From positions 1 to 37,140 of the IMG/VR virus record IMGVR_UViG_3300035670_000672: a stretch of DNA of 37,140 nt. One strand, given 5' to 3'. Shown piece by piece: positions 23,547 to 32,128 of this stretch. Origin of the DNA: a virus (taxonomy: Duplodnaviria > Caudoviricetes). Each line of letters begins with the position of its first letter. The stretch's first letter is position 1. The translations under genes and the position numbers were made by a program. Under the pieces are notes generated by a model that worked only from the letters and a program-made list of their open reading frames with translations, ran no database searches and was not told the origin of the DNA.

Positions 23547-24050
23547 ATGGCCTACACTTTCGACGGATCAACCAAACGGATTACGCTCTCAGCCGGGACC
23601 GTGACGCTTGAGTTGGTTGACCTACATTCCCGCTGGAAAGACTGGGTGATCGCCAGCAACGCCAGCGACTTAATCGCCTTCGGCACGGTGGGTGGTGACA
23701 TCCCGTCAATTCCGCTTTACCTGTTCCTGCAAAACGGCTGGAAGATCGTACCGCAAGCGGCGGACCATACGCTCACCGTAACGGGTGGGATTCTGGAAAC
23801 TAGCGATGGTTCTGATCCGTTCGTTGATCCTGTTGGCGCTTATAAAATACGCATCAACCGACAGACGCCGGGGATAGCAATTGGGTATAGCACTTCTGGC
23901 GTAGCGGCACCGACGGCAATGGAGAATGCCGCCGCCATCCTCGCCGCTGCACAGGTGACGCCGATTCACAGTAACGTGAAGCAGATGAACAGCGCCACGG
24001 TACAAGGTACAGGCACAGCAGGCGACCAGTGGCGGGGTTCTGGTGTTTAG
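23547..24050 (+). CDS. Virion structural protein, N-terminus similar to the preceding gene
   Basis: TFDGSTKRITL...DLHSRWKDW...LFLQNGWKI compared with RFDTTDKTIEL...CLFSKIKEA...MELINGWRF. Confidence 0.65.
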   Translation: MAYTFDGSTKRITLSAGTVTLELVDLHSRWKDWVIASNASDLIAFGTVGGDIPSIPLYLFLQNGWKIVPQAADHTLTVTGGILETSDGSDPFVDPVGAYKIRINRQTPGIAIGYSTSGVAAPTAMENAAAILAAAQVTPIHSNVKQMNSATVQGTGTAGDQWRGSGV

Positions 24051-24450
24051 TGCCGCATCATTCTCGCATGCATCGTTTAGTGCTGTTTCATGGCTATTCG
24101 ATCTTGCGGCAACTGTTGCAGGTGGCAAGCGCAAGAAACGTGTTTTTGTAGAGACAAAGCACGGTCAAATACTCGCGTTTGAGAGCGAGCAAGACCTTCA
24201 GCAATGGCATAGCACACGCAAGCATAATAAGCGGCATCCAGAAGCGCCTATCAAGCCGCCAGAGCCTATTGCAAACTATTCCGTATCTGAAATAAAGCAG
24301 CAGGCCATCCAGTTTGGTGAATTGCCGCAATTCAAAGCGTATTATGACGATGGCAAGATAAGGCAACTGATAAACGCATTTGAGAAGCGTCAAAGTGCTA
24401 TTATTAAGCGGCGCAGAGATGCGTATCGTCTAATTCTAATGGTGGCGTAA
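24043..24450 (+). CDS. Hypothetical protein
   Basis: GTG start; FSAASFSHASFS repeat, basic GGKRKKR and hydrophobic C-terminal LILMVA. Confidence 0.65.
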   Translation: MFSAASFSHASFSAVSWLFDLAATVAGGKRKKRVFVETKHGQILAFESEQDLQQWHSTRKHNKRHPEAPIKPPEPIANYSVSEIKQQAIQFGELPQFKAYYDDGKIRQLINAFEKRQSAIIKRRRDAYRLILMVA

Positions 24451-24761
24451 TGAACCTGAACGATGAAGCAACGCTTCGCATGGAAATGAACCGCGCAGAA
24501 ATCGCACGCGCAGTGGCTGAGAACGTGATCTATATGGAAGCGTTTGAGACACTTAAAGCGCGATACACAGACGAATGGCAACGCTCTCCAGTGAGAGATA
24601 CAGAAGGAAGGGAAAAGATATGGCTGATGATGAAAAGCCTAAACGCCGTGGCCGACCACCTAAGGGAAGTGATGGAAACGGGCAAACTGGCATCAATACA
24701 GATGGAGCAGAAGCGCAATCTATTCCAGAAGGCCAAGGATCAATTCGATGGGTGGATGTAG
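24450..24761 (+). CDS. Small head-module protein preceding the scaffold gene
   Basis: EAFETLKARYTDEWQRSP.RDTEGREKIWLMMKSL...L.EVMETGKLA pattern; TAATG-coupled. Confidence 0.8.
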   Translation: MNLNDEATLRMEMNRAEIARAVAENVIYMEAFETLKARYTDEWQRSPVRDTEGREKIWLMMKSLNAVADHLREVMETGKLASIQMEQKRNLFQKAKDQFDGWM

Positions 24762-24928
24762 AGAAGATTGTTAGCCAAAAAGAATTGGATAACCCAAATA
24801 AGCGCATTACTCGCGTCTATTGCAATAACACAACTCAATTGCTATACAATGGCAAGTATTCAGGCGCGCCAGTAGAACAAGGCCAATTGGCAATTCGCTG
24901 GAACACTGGAGAATTAGAAGTTCTGTAA
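24620..24928 (+). CDS. Overlapping hypothetical protein with AT-hook-like motif
   Basis: MADDEKPKRRGRPPKG; purine-rich SD-like GGAAGGGA upstream; the 3' half fills the otherwise empty 24762-24928. Confidence 0.55.
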   Translation: MADDEKPKRRGRPPKGSDGNGQTGINTDGAEAQSIPEGQGSIRWVDVEKIVSQKELDNPNKRITRVYCNNTTQLLYNGKYSGAPVEQGQLAIRWNTGELEVL

Positions 24929-24950
24929 CACTGACGGGCAGTAACCCGAG

Positions 24951-24965
24951 AACGCTGAGAAGCGC
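24951..24965 (+). promoter_or_regulatory. GNRA hairpin motif, copy 1 (upstream of scaffold gene)
   Basis: AACGCTGAGAAGCGC, identical to 26900-26914; flanked by hairpins CGGG-cagtaa-CCCG and GCCC-GTAA-GGGC. Confidence 0.55.
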
Positions 24966-24997
24966 CGCGCCCGTAAGGGCATTGATAGGAGTATGAA

Positions 24998-25897
24998 ATG
25001 GATGAACTGAACGCCAATCCAGAAATGGAAGCCGCAGGCGAAACCACGGCCAAAGATGCCGCTGACCTTTTTGCCGATATGCTTGGTGGTAATGAAGGTG
25101 GGGAAACGATCAACGAACAGGAAGCCGAAGGCCAATCCGAGGAAGTTGAGAACGAAGAACCCGCTGGACGTACTTACAAGGTAAAGGTGGATGGACAGGA
25201 AATCGAGGTTTCCGAATCCGAACTACTGAACGGTTATTCCCGCGAAGCCGACTACCGGAACAAGACCAAGGCACTAGCTGAAGAACGCAAATCCATTCAG
25301 GCTTACGCACAGCAGGCTCAAGCTGAACGTCAGCAGATGGCCCAGGCGATTCAGCACTACCTCAGTCAAGTCCCGCAGCCGACTCCCCCTGACCCGTCAT
25401 TGATCGAGAATGATCCGGTCGAATACCTGAAACAGCAACGTGCATTTGAAACCGCCGTCACCGAGCGCAGGCAGGCCATGCAGCAGCAACAGTATCTGCA
25501 AGCCATGCAGGCTCAAGAACAAGACCGGGTTATGCAAGCGACTCTCGCCGAGCAGAGCAGCCGCATGATTGACCTCATCCCGGAGTGGAAAGACGAATCG
25601 GCACGATCAACCGAAAAGGCAGCTCTACGCAAGTACCTGACCGAAACGGGGTTTAACGCTGATGAAGTGGGTTCCATCTTCGACGCAAGACAAGTGCAGA
25701 TCGCCCGTAAAGCGATGCTGTACGACAAAGCCATTGCCGCCGCAACCCAGACCAACAAGAAGGTGCAGAACCTTCCCAAATTTGAGCGCCCAGGAGCGCG
25801 TCCTGTAGCCACGGATGGCCGGACGCAGCAAATGCAGGCATTGAAGAAGTCTGGAACCATTCAAAGCGCGGCATCCGTTTTCGAGAATATGTTCTAA
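24998..25897 (+). CDS. Scaffolding protein
   Basis: Acidic N-terminus; YKVKVDGQEIEVSESELLNGYSREADYRNKTKALAEERK; coiled coil; directly before the capsid gene. Confidence 0.88.
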   Translation: MDELNANPEMEAAGETTAKDAADLFADMLGGNEGGETINEQEAEGQSEEVENEEPAGRTYKVKVDGQEIEVSESELLNGYSREADYRNKTKALAEERKSIQAYAQQAQAERQQMAQAIQHYLSQVPQPTPPDPSLIENDPVEYLKQQRAFETAVTERRQAMQQQQYLQAMQAQEQDRVMQATLAEQSSRMIDLIPEWKDESARSTEKAALRKYLTETGFNADEVGSIFDARQVQIARKAMLYDKAIAAATQTNKKVQNLPKFERPGARPVATDGRTQQMQALKKSGTIQSAASVFENMF

Positions 25898-25909
25898 AGG
25901 ATATTTATC

Positions 25910-26857
25910 ATGACTATGTTTAGCAACGCACAGAATACGTTTACCTACAACTCGCTGGTGAACGCCCAGGACGTGAGCGATGTAATCGCCAACATCGCCC
26001 CTACCGATACGCCTTTCCTTTCTGGCTTGAAGAAGTCCAAGGCATCGAATACCCTGCATGAGTTCATCACTGATGACCTGACGGCTGCTGCCAACAACGC
26101 ATCGCTTGAAGGTGATGTGTTCGCCGCTGGTTCGCGTCCGACCCCGGTTCGCCTGACCAACCGCACGCAAATCAGTACCAAGGTTGTTGCTGTTTCCCGT
26201 ACTCAGCAGGCATCCAACCCGTATGGTATGAAGAACATGCTGGCCTACCAAATGGCTAACGTGTCTGCCGAGATTAAGCGTGACGCTGAATACGCACTGA
26301 CGCAGAACACGACTGCTGTTGCTGGCGGCACAACCACCGCACGCCAACTGCGCGGCCTGGAAGGCTGGATTGCAACCAATGATGTGTTGGGTTCTGCTGG
26401 TTCGCCTGTATCGCCGGATTACGTCAACAACACGGCCCCGACTGATGGCACGGCTGAAGCGTTTACCGAGACTCGCCTGAAAACCTGTCTGCAAAACATC
26501 TTCACGCAAGGCGGCAACCCCACCATGATTATGTGTGGCCCGTCCCAGAAGCAGACCTTCTCTACCTTTACGGGCAACTCGACCCGCTACAAGGAAGCAG
26601 AAGATAGCAAACTGGTTGCATCCGTGTCTGTGTACGTTAGCGACTTCGGCACGCTGAAAGTGGTTCCTAACCGCTTCCAACGCGCCCGCACCGTGTTCGT
26701 ACTGGACATGAACTACTGGAGCCTGGCTGAACTGTCTGCACCTTCCATGACCGACCTGCCCTCAACCTTTGACGGTGTTGGCAAGGCATTGGTGTGGGAA
26801 TACACGCTGGAAGCCAAGCAAGAGAAAGCAAGTGGCGCGATTCGTGACAATTTGTGA
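25910..26857 (+). CDS. Major capsid protein (DUF5309/SU10-type)
   Basis: DVSDVIANIAPTDTPF, HEFITDDL, NRTQI, EIKRDAE, YVSDFGTLKVVPNRF and EYTLE; 315 aa. Confidence 0.92.
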   Translation: MTMFSNAQNTFTYNSLVNAQDVSDVIANIAPTDTPFLSGLKKSKASNTLHEFITDDLTAAANNASLEGDVFAAGSRPTPVRLTNRTQISTKVVAVSRTQQASNPYGMKNMLAYQMANVSAEIKRDAEYALTQNTTAVAGGTTTARQLRGLEGWIATNDVLGSAGSPVSPDYVNNTAPTDGTAEAFTETRLKTCLQNIFTQGGNPTMIMCGPSQKQTFSTFTGNSTRYKEAEDSKLVASVSVYVSDFGTLKVVPNRFQRARTVFVLDMNYWSLAELSAPSMTDLPSTFDGVGKALVWEYTLEAKQEKASGAIRDNL

Positions 26858-26873
26858 TCTAGCTAAGTAGCAC

Positions 26874-26896
26874 AGGGGGCCAATGGCCCCCTTTCC
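26874..26896 (+). terminator. Intrinsic terminator-like hairpin after the capsid gene (weak U tract)
   Basis: AGGGGGCC-AAT-GGCCCCCT-TTCC. Confidence 0.65.
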
Positions 26897-26899
26897 ATT

Positions 26900-26914
26900 A
26901 ACGCTGAGAAGCGC
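26900..26914 (+). promoter_or_regulatory. GNRA hairpin motif, copy 2, abutting SD AGGAG
   Basis: AACGCTGAGAAGCGC, identical to 24951-24965. Confidence 0.55.
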
Positions 26915-26925
26915 AGGAGCATTAA

Positions 26926-27222
26926 ATGGACTTTGATCCAATCACAGTAACAAAATCCGGTTCAACGATCACTACCGCCGCCGCATCGGCCAGCGTAGCC
27001 ATCCCAACCGCATCTAACGGCGAAATCCCCTTCTATTCACGCATTGCAGCCACCACAGCCTGCTATGTCAAAGTTGGCCTGACCGGGCTGACTGCCGCCA
27101 CTGGCGACTTGCTGGTACAACCCGGCGATTCCGTGATTGTCCGCACCAAGGACATGACCCACGTTGCAGCAAAGTACGTCACCGCCGCTGGCATCATGCA
27201 AATCAGCCCGATTGAGGCCTAA
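26926..27222 (+). CDS. Small beta-rich virion protein (capsid decoration-like)
   Basis: 98 aa, Thr/Ala/Val-rich; directly after the capsid gene; strong SD. Confidence 0.65.
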   Translation: MDFDPITVTKSGSTITTAAASASVAIPTASNGEIPFYSRIAATTACYVKVGLTGLTAATGDLLVQPGDSVIVRTKDMTHVAAKYVTAAGIMQISPIEA

Positions 27223-27501
27223 ATGCAGACTCGGATTATCGACAACGGCGAGGGCATCGTTGTTGCCCGTCAGCAAGAAGTCTCTGCCCTGATCGAACAC
27301 AACGCCGCACGCCGCAACAATGGCGATGTAGGCAGTAGCGACATGAAGCTGGCCGCCGAAATCCCCATGATTGCTGTTGAAGCCTACTGCTCAAGTGCAG
27401 GCATCACATTCCAGCAATTCCTTGACGATTCTACCCACGTCAAACGCATGTTGTCAGACCCTAACCTCTCCAAGTTCAGGGTTTGGCAAGGGAGAGCATA
27501 A
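27223..27501 (+). CDS. Small head-module protein
   Basis: QQEVSALIEHNAARRN...MKLAAEIPMIAVE...LSDPNLSKFRVWQG pattern. Confidence 0.75.
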   Translation: MQTRIIDNGEGIVVARQQEVSALIEHNAARRNNGDVGSSDMKLAAEIPMIAVEAYCSSAGITFQQFLDDSTHVKRMLSDPNLSKFRVWQGRA

Positions 27502-28551
27502 ATGGACGCGCCACTTGCAGGTGTTTACAAGTACCTGACCGAAGCCGCGAACAACAGCAAGCGCCGGTTAAAGGGATTGCTCGCTGACCCTGAGTTTGCA
27601 CTGGAACAGACTGTCAACGACAACCTGCAAGCCTATACGTTGCCTGTGTTGCAACAGATGGCAGGCGTAAAGCCGAAGGACAACCCGTTAACGTGGGGAA
27701 AGCCCAAGGTAGGGCCGGAGGATTATCTCGGTGCTGGCGTCATTCCTGGTGGCATGGTGGCAATGACTGCATGGCATGGCTCACCCCACAAGTTCGACAA
27801 GTTCAGCATGGACAAGATTGGAACAGGTGAAGGCGCACAGGCTTATGGTCATGGGTTGTATTTGGCTGAAGCACCGGAAGTGGCTAATACATACAAGCGC
27901 ACTCAGATAAATAATGCTCCCGAACTTGAACAAATGGCTCTTAGAGCAGGGGCATCACCAGAAGCAGCGAATACTATTGCACAGTGGTATCACAGCACAA
28001 AAGGGCGAGGCGGGATTGAAGCAGCGCTTGATATTTTGCGCGAACCGCATCCAGTTCCTCATATGCAAAAGTATCGGACTAAGTTGCTTGCAGAAGAACC
28101 TGCTATGCGTAAAGCATGGGAACAATTTACCGATCCAGGCCAACTCTACAAAACCGACATACCAGACGAAGCAGTAGCCCGTTTCCTTGATTGGGATAAG
28201 CCGCTGAGTCAGCAAGCACCGGAAGTGCAGGCGGCGGTCAATAAGCTTGGGCTATCTGAAACGCAGCTTCGAGACTTAACTTGGGGAGGGCCGGCAAGTA
28301 GGCCATCGCAAGGAATGGAGATTTACAGCGAGGGGCGGCAAAAGTTTGGCGAGGCCGGATTTTCAGACGCGCTAAAACGCGAGGGCATCCCAGGTATCCG
28401 CTACCTAGACGGTGGATCACGCTCTGCCGGTCAAGGTTCGTCAAACTTCGTTATCTTCGATCCTGAAATGATCCGTATCCTAGAGCGTAACGGACAAGCA
28501 ACCGGCCAGCAACCTTGGCAACCCGGTGAATACGGTGGATTACTCAAATGA
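27502..28551 (+). CDS. Stand-alone ADP-ribosyltransferase-fold protein (ART-PolyVal-like) in the head module
   Basis: AWHGSPHKFDKFSMDKIGTGEGAQAYGHGLYLAE, GQLYKTDIPD...LDWDKPL and GIPGIRYLDGGSR...SNFVIFDP. Confidence 0.8.
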   Translation: MDAPLAGVYKYLTEAANNSKRRLKGLLADPEFALEQTVNDNLQAYTLPVLQQMAGVKPKDNPLTWGKPKVGPEDYLGAGVIPGGMVAMTAWHGSPHKFDKFSMDKIGTGEGAQAYGHGLYLAEAPEVANTYKRTQINNAPELEQMALRAGASPEAANTIAQWYHSTKGRGGIEAALDILREPHPVPHMQKYRTKLLAEEPAMRKAWEQFTDPGQLYKTDIPDEAVARFLDWDKPLSQQAPEVQAAVNKLGLSETQLRDLTWGGPASRPSQGMEIYSEGRQKFGEAGFSDALKREGIPGIRYLDGGSRSAGQGSSNFVIFDPEMIRILERNGQATGQQPWQPGEYGGLLK

Positions 28552-29153
28552 GCATTACAAACTACTCTGAACTGCAAACCGCCGTAGCCACTTGGCTGCA
28601 CCGCACAGACCTAACATCCGTCATTCCAGACCTGATTAGCCTTGCAGAACAGCGTATGGACGCACTGGTAAGGTCAAGGCAGATGGATGTAACCACTACC
28701 CTTAGCGCGACAGGTGGAACGGCCACAGTAGCCTTGCCGACAGACATGCTAGAGATGCGTAGGGCAATGATAGCCACTGACCCGGTGCAAATTCTGCAAT
28801 ACCTCACACCAGACCAGATCACCACTGAATACCCGTCAGCCACTACTAGCAAGCCAGTAGCCTTCACCATCATCGGTGAAAACATGGAACTGGCCCCAAC
28901 ACCAGATTCAGACTACAGCATCTCGCTGACCTACTCAGCACGCATCCCGCGTTTGTCAGGCACAAACACAAGCAACTGGCTCTTGGAAAATAACGCCAAC
29001 GCGTACCTGTTTGGCGCACTGTGCGAAGCGGCCCCGTTCCTGGTGAACGATGAGCGCATTCAGGTGTGGGAAGGCAAGTTCCAGGACGCGATTAACGGAG
29101 TTAACCAAGTGGATTGGTACTCTGGTTCAACCATGCGCGTAAGGACGGTCTAA
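28548..29153 (+). CDS. Head-tail adaptor protein
   Basis: ITNYSELQTAVATWLHRTDLT..IPDLISLAE, LPTDMLEMR, LAPTPD and NWLL....AYLFGAL.EA.PFL.NDERI. Confidence 0.85.
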   Translation: MSITNYSELQTAVATWLHRTDLTSVIPDLISLAEQRMDALVRSRQMDVTTTLSATGGTATVALPTDMLEMRRAMIATDPVQILQYLTPDQITTEYPSATTSKPVAFTIIGENMELAPTPDSDYSISLTYSARIPRLSGTNTSNWLLENNANAYLFGALCEAAPFLVNDERIQVWEGKFQDAINGVNQVDWYSGSTMRVRTV

Positions 29154-30601
29154 TGCCTACTGTTGCGCTTACTGGATGGCTTCCTGATGCCGACCCAACC
29201 ACGCCGGGCGTTCTGGTTGATGTAACCAATATGACGCCATCAGTGCGTGGCTATCGTGGCGCAACAACACCAGAAGCAACAACGGCAGGCACGCTCGCGG
29301 CAAAGTGTCATGGTGCGGCGGCGTTTCAATCTCTTGATGGCTCAACGGTTCGCACCTTCGCAGGTACGCAAACCAAGTTGTACGAACTGCTTGCAGATGT
29401 ATGGACGGATCAATCCAGAGTCGCGGCAATGGATATTGGCGCAGCAGGCGCATGGCGTTTTGCACAGTTTGGCGATACCACGCTGGCCGCCAACAAGACC
29501 GTGCCGTTGCAGGCCATTGATACCGGCGACTTTGCCGACCTGACCGCACCGCAGGCTAGTTGTATCGACGTATCGCAGGGTTTTGTGATGCTGGCAGATA
29601 CCAGTGACGGCACATACGGCGATTCACCGGATAGGTGGTGGTGTTCTGCCTATCTGGACCACACCGATTGGACGCCAAGCATCTCAACCCAATGCACAAC
29701 AGGCCGGTTGGTTGATTCACCAGGCAAGATTACAGCCATCAAGGCAATGGGTAGCGGTTTCGTTGCCTACAAAGACAAGGCCATGTTTTTGGGCCAATAC
29801 GCTGGCCCTCCTGCCGTGTGGCAGTGGACGCAGATACCCGGCGAAGTGGGTTGCGCCAATCAGGAAGCCATCGCGTCAATCTCACCGTCAGTGCATATCT
29901 TTGTTGGCCGTGAGGATTTTTATATCTTTGACGGCACAAGACCGCAGAGCATTGGCGAAGGTGTGCGCGAGTGGTTCTTTAACACCGCGCTCGACAAGCA
30001 ATACCGCAGCAGTATCCGTGTGGTGCATGACCGCGACAGAACGCTTGTAAAGTGGTTCTACCCGTCCGCTACATCGGCTGGCGTGCTGGATTCGATGATT
30101 GCCTACAACTACAAAACGAATAAGTGGGGCAAAGCAACTATCAGCATTGAGGCGGCTATCGAGTACCAAACACCAAACGCCACGATTGACGGCGCATCAG
30201 GCACGTTTGATTCACGCACCGAATACTACGATTCTCCGTTGTTTGCTGGTGGCGCGCCATTCCCCGCCATCATCAACACCTCACACAACCTGATGTTGCT
30301 GACTGGCGCATCGGCATCTTCCGGCCTCACAACATGGTCAGGCGGCGACGATGTAGCTATTTCAACACTGAGAATGGTTCGCCCACGCCTAACCAATTCC
30401 CCTACCTCTGCAACACTAACCAGCTACCACAACAGCAACCCGGACGGCAGTTTTGCGACAGGCGAAACAGTCAGCATGAACGCACAACACAACTTCGATG
30501 TGTTGCAGTCGGCACGCTGGCACAAGGTCAGTATGGCGTTTGTGGGTGATGTAGAGATTACCGGCATCAACTTTGACTTTGCGGCAGGCGGCAAATGGTA
30601 G
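29153..30601 (+). CDS. Tail nozzle/DNA stabilization protein (P22 gp10-like)
   Basis: TAATG-coupled start MPTVALTGWLPD; WRFAQFGD; beta-rich 482 aa following the adaptor. Confidence 0.8.
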   Translation: MPTVALTGWLPDADPTTPGVLVDVTNMTPSVRGYRGATTPEATTAGTLAAKCHGAAAFQSLDGSTVRTFAGTQTKLYELLADVWTDQSRVAAMDIGAAGAWRFAQFGDTTLAANKTVPLQAIDTGDFADLTAPQASCIDVSQGFVMLADTSDGTYGDSPDRWWCSAYLDHTDWTPSISTQCTTGRLVDSPGKITAIKAMGSGFVAYKDKAMFLGQYAGPPAVWQWTQIPGEVGCANQEAIASISPSVHIFVGREDFYIFDGTRPQSIGEGVREWFFNTALDKQYRSSIRVVHDRDRTLVKWFYPSATSAGVLDSMIAYNYKTNKWGKATISIEAAIEYQTPNATIDGASGTFDSRTEYYDSPLFAGGAPFPAIINTSHNLMLLTGASASSGLTTWSGGDDVAISTLRMVRPRLTNSPTSATLTSYHNSNPDGSFATGETVSMNAQHNFDVLQSARWHKVSMAFVGDVEITGINFDFAAGGKW

Positions 30602-30906
30602 AGCCACATCTTCCTATTCCGCCAAGTGATACCTACCAGCAAAGCCTATCGCTTCGCCTGACAACGCTACTGCGTCAGGTTGGCCTACAGATCGACCAGT
30701 TAAAAGGCGGCTACCTGTCTGCCCACTCCAACCAGCGCAGTGCCGCACCGACCACAGGGTTATGGGCGGTGGGCGATCAGGTTAGGAATGACACGCCAAG
30801 TGAACTAGGCACAGTCGGAAGCAAATACGTTATTACCGGATGGATTTGTGTAACCAGTGGAGAGCCAGGCACATGGAAACAAATGCGCGTACTCACTGGC
30901 AATTGA
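30595..30906 (+). CDS. Small tail-associated protein
   Basis: AAPTTGLWAVGDQVRN..P......GWICVTSGEPGTW module. Confidence 0.65.
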   Translation: MVEPHLPIPPSDTYQQSLSLRLTTLLRQVGLQIDQLKGGYLSAHSNQRSAAPTTGLWAVGDQVRNDTPSELGTVGSKYVITGWICVTSGEPGTWKQMRVLTGN

Positions 30907-30938
30907 ATTAGAATACTCCTATTGAATAGGTGTCGAAT

Positions 30939-31346
30939 ATGCTTGAATTAGTAATCGTACCGAGTACGCATATAGATTACGCATGGCGTGATGGAGCTAA
31001 TTCAATTGCAGAAGCTACGCAATCAATTGATGAGATAACAGGATCGCAACTCAAGATGATTCTGGCAAAAGGCGAGAGAACGCTAGTCCAGATCAAGCGA
31101 GATTCTGAAACGGTTGGTTGGGGTGTGTTCAGGATAGACCAATTGCCGAATATGCGTGTTCTATTCATTACAGACCTAGTTTCACACAACTCGCACTTTG
31201 AAGAATTCTTCGCGCAACTGAAAGACATTGCATTTAGATTAGGATGTATTGCAATCAGGTGTGCAGCATTACCTGCACAGGCAAGACTTTATAGGCAAAA
31301 ACTCGGATTCACGCCGGTTTACGAAACTCTGGAGTACAAACTATGA
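30939..31346 (+). CDS. GNAT-fold-like protein in the tail/ejection module
   Basis: VGWGVFRI...RVLFITDL...LKDIAFRLGCIAIRC.....ARLYRQKLGF pattern. Confidence 0.65.
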   Translation: MLELVIVPSTHIDYAWRDGANSIAEATQSIDEITGSQLKMILAKGERTLVQIKRDSETVGWGVFRIDQLPNMRVLFITDLVSHNSHFEEFFAQLKDIAFRLGCIAIRCAALPAQARLYRQKLGFTPVYETLEYKL

Positions 31347-32128
31347 AAAAGTACAACTCAATTCTTCATGGCTCTCCAAGCCGGTGGGATATTGACCGAA
31401 AACCTGCTAAAGGTGGTGGCGGAACTTCGACAACTACGCAGGAAATCCCGGAAGAACTAAAGCCACTGGCAACTGCTTACGCAAACAAGGCCATTGACTT
31501 ATCTGGCAAAGGTTACACACCTTATACCGGACAGCGTTACGCAGACCTGAACAACACACAGAACTATGGCCTGAACATGCTTCAGAGCCGCGCAGCAAAT
31601 GGTGACGCAACTATCAACAATGCCACAGGGCAACTGAATAACTTTATCTCTGGCAACAACAACAATCCCTACCTTGATCAGCTTGTAAGCAAGGCACAGT
31701 CAAGTGTGGTGGATTCATTCAACAACACCACAAAACCACAGACTGAAGCCGCGATGCGGAATGCCGGTGGTTTCGGCAACTCTGGTATGCAGCAAACAAT
31801 GGCCCTGCAACAGAAGGCGGCAGGACAGCAAATGTCCGACATTGCCACGCAGATGTACGGGAACGCCTACAACACCAATCAAGCCAACCAGATGCAGGCT
31901 ATCGGCATGGCCCCGACATTCGGCAATCAGGCCTACACAGACGCGCAGCAAATGCTTAACGCCGGTCAGATCAAGCAGGATCAGGAGCAGCAGAACCTTG
32001 ACTATGGCTATCAGCAATATCAGGACGCGCAAAACCTGCCTTACAAGCAACTGGCGGCAATGTCGGGTGTGTTCGGCTCAAACCTTGGCGCTAGTTCCAC
32101 AACGCAATCAACGGGCGGCGGCAAGTGA
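31343..32128 (+). CDS. Internal virion/DNA ejection protein
   Basis: KGGGGTSTTTQEIPEELKP, PYTGQRYA and NPYL; Q/N/G-rich. Confidence 0.75.
   Translation: MKKYNSILHGSPSRWDIDRKPAKGGGGTSTTTQEIPEELKPLATAYANKAIDLSGKGYTPYTGQRYADLNNTQNYGLNMLQSRAANGDATINNATGQLNNFISGNNNNPYLDQLVSKAQSSVVDSFNNTTKPQTEAAMRNAGGFGNSGMQQTMALQQKAAGQQMSDIATQMYGNAYNTNQANQMQAIGMAPTFGNQAYTDAQQMLNAGQIKQDQEQQNLDYGYQQYQDAQNLPYKQLAAMSGVFGSNLGASSTTQSTGGGK

Noticed and set aside
25625-26680. 351-aa minus-strand ORF
   Set aside because: Antisense shadow of the scaffold and capsid genes.
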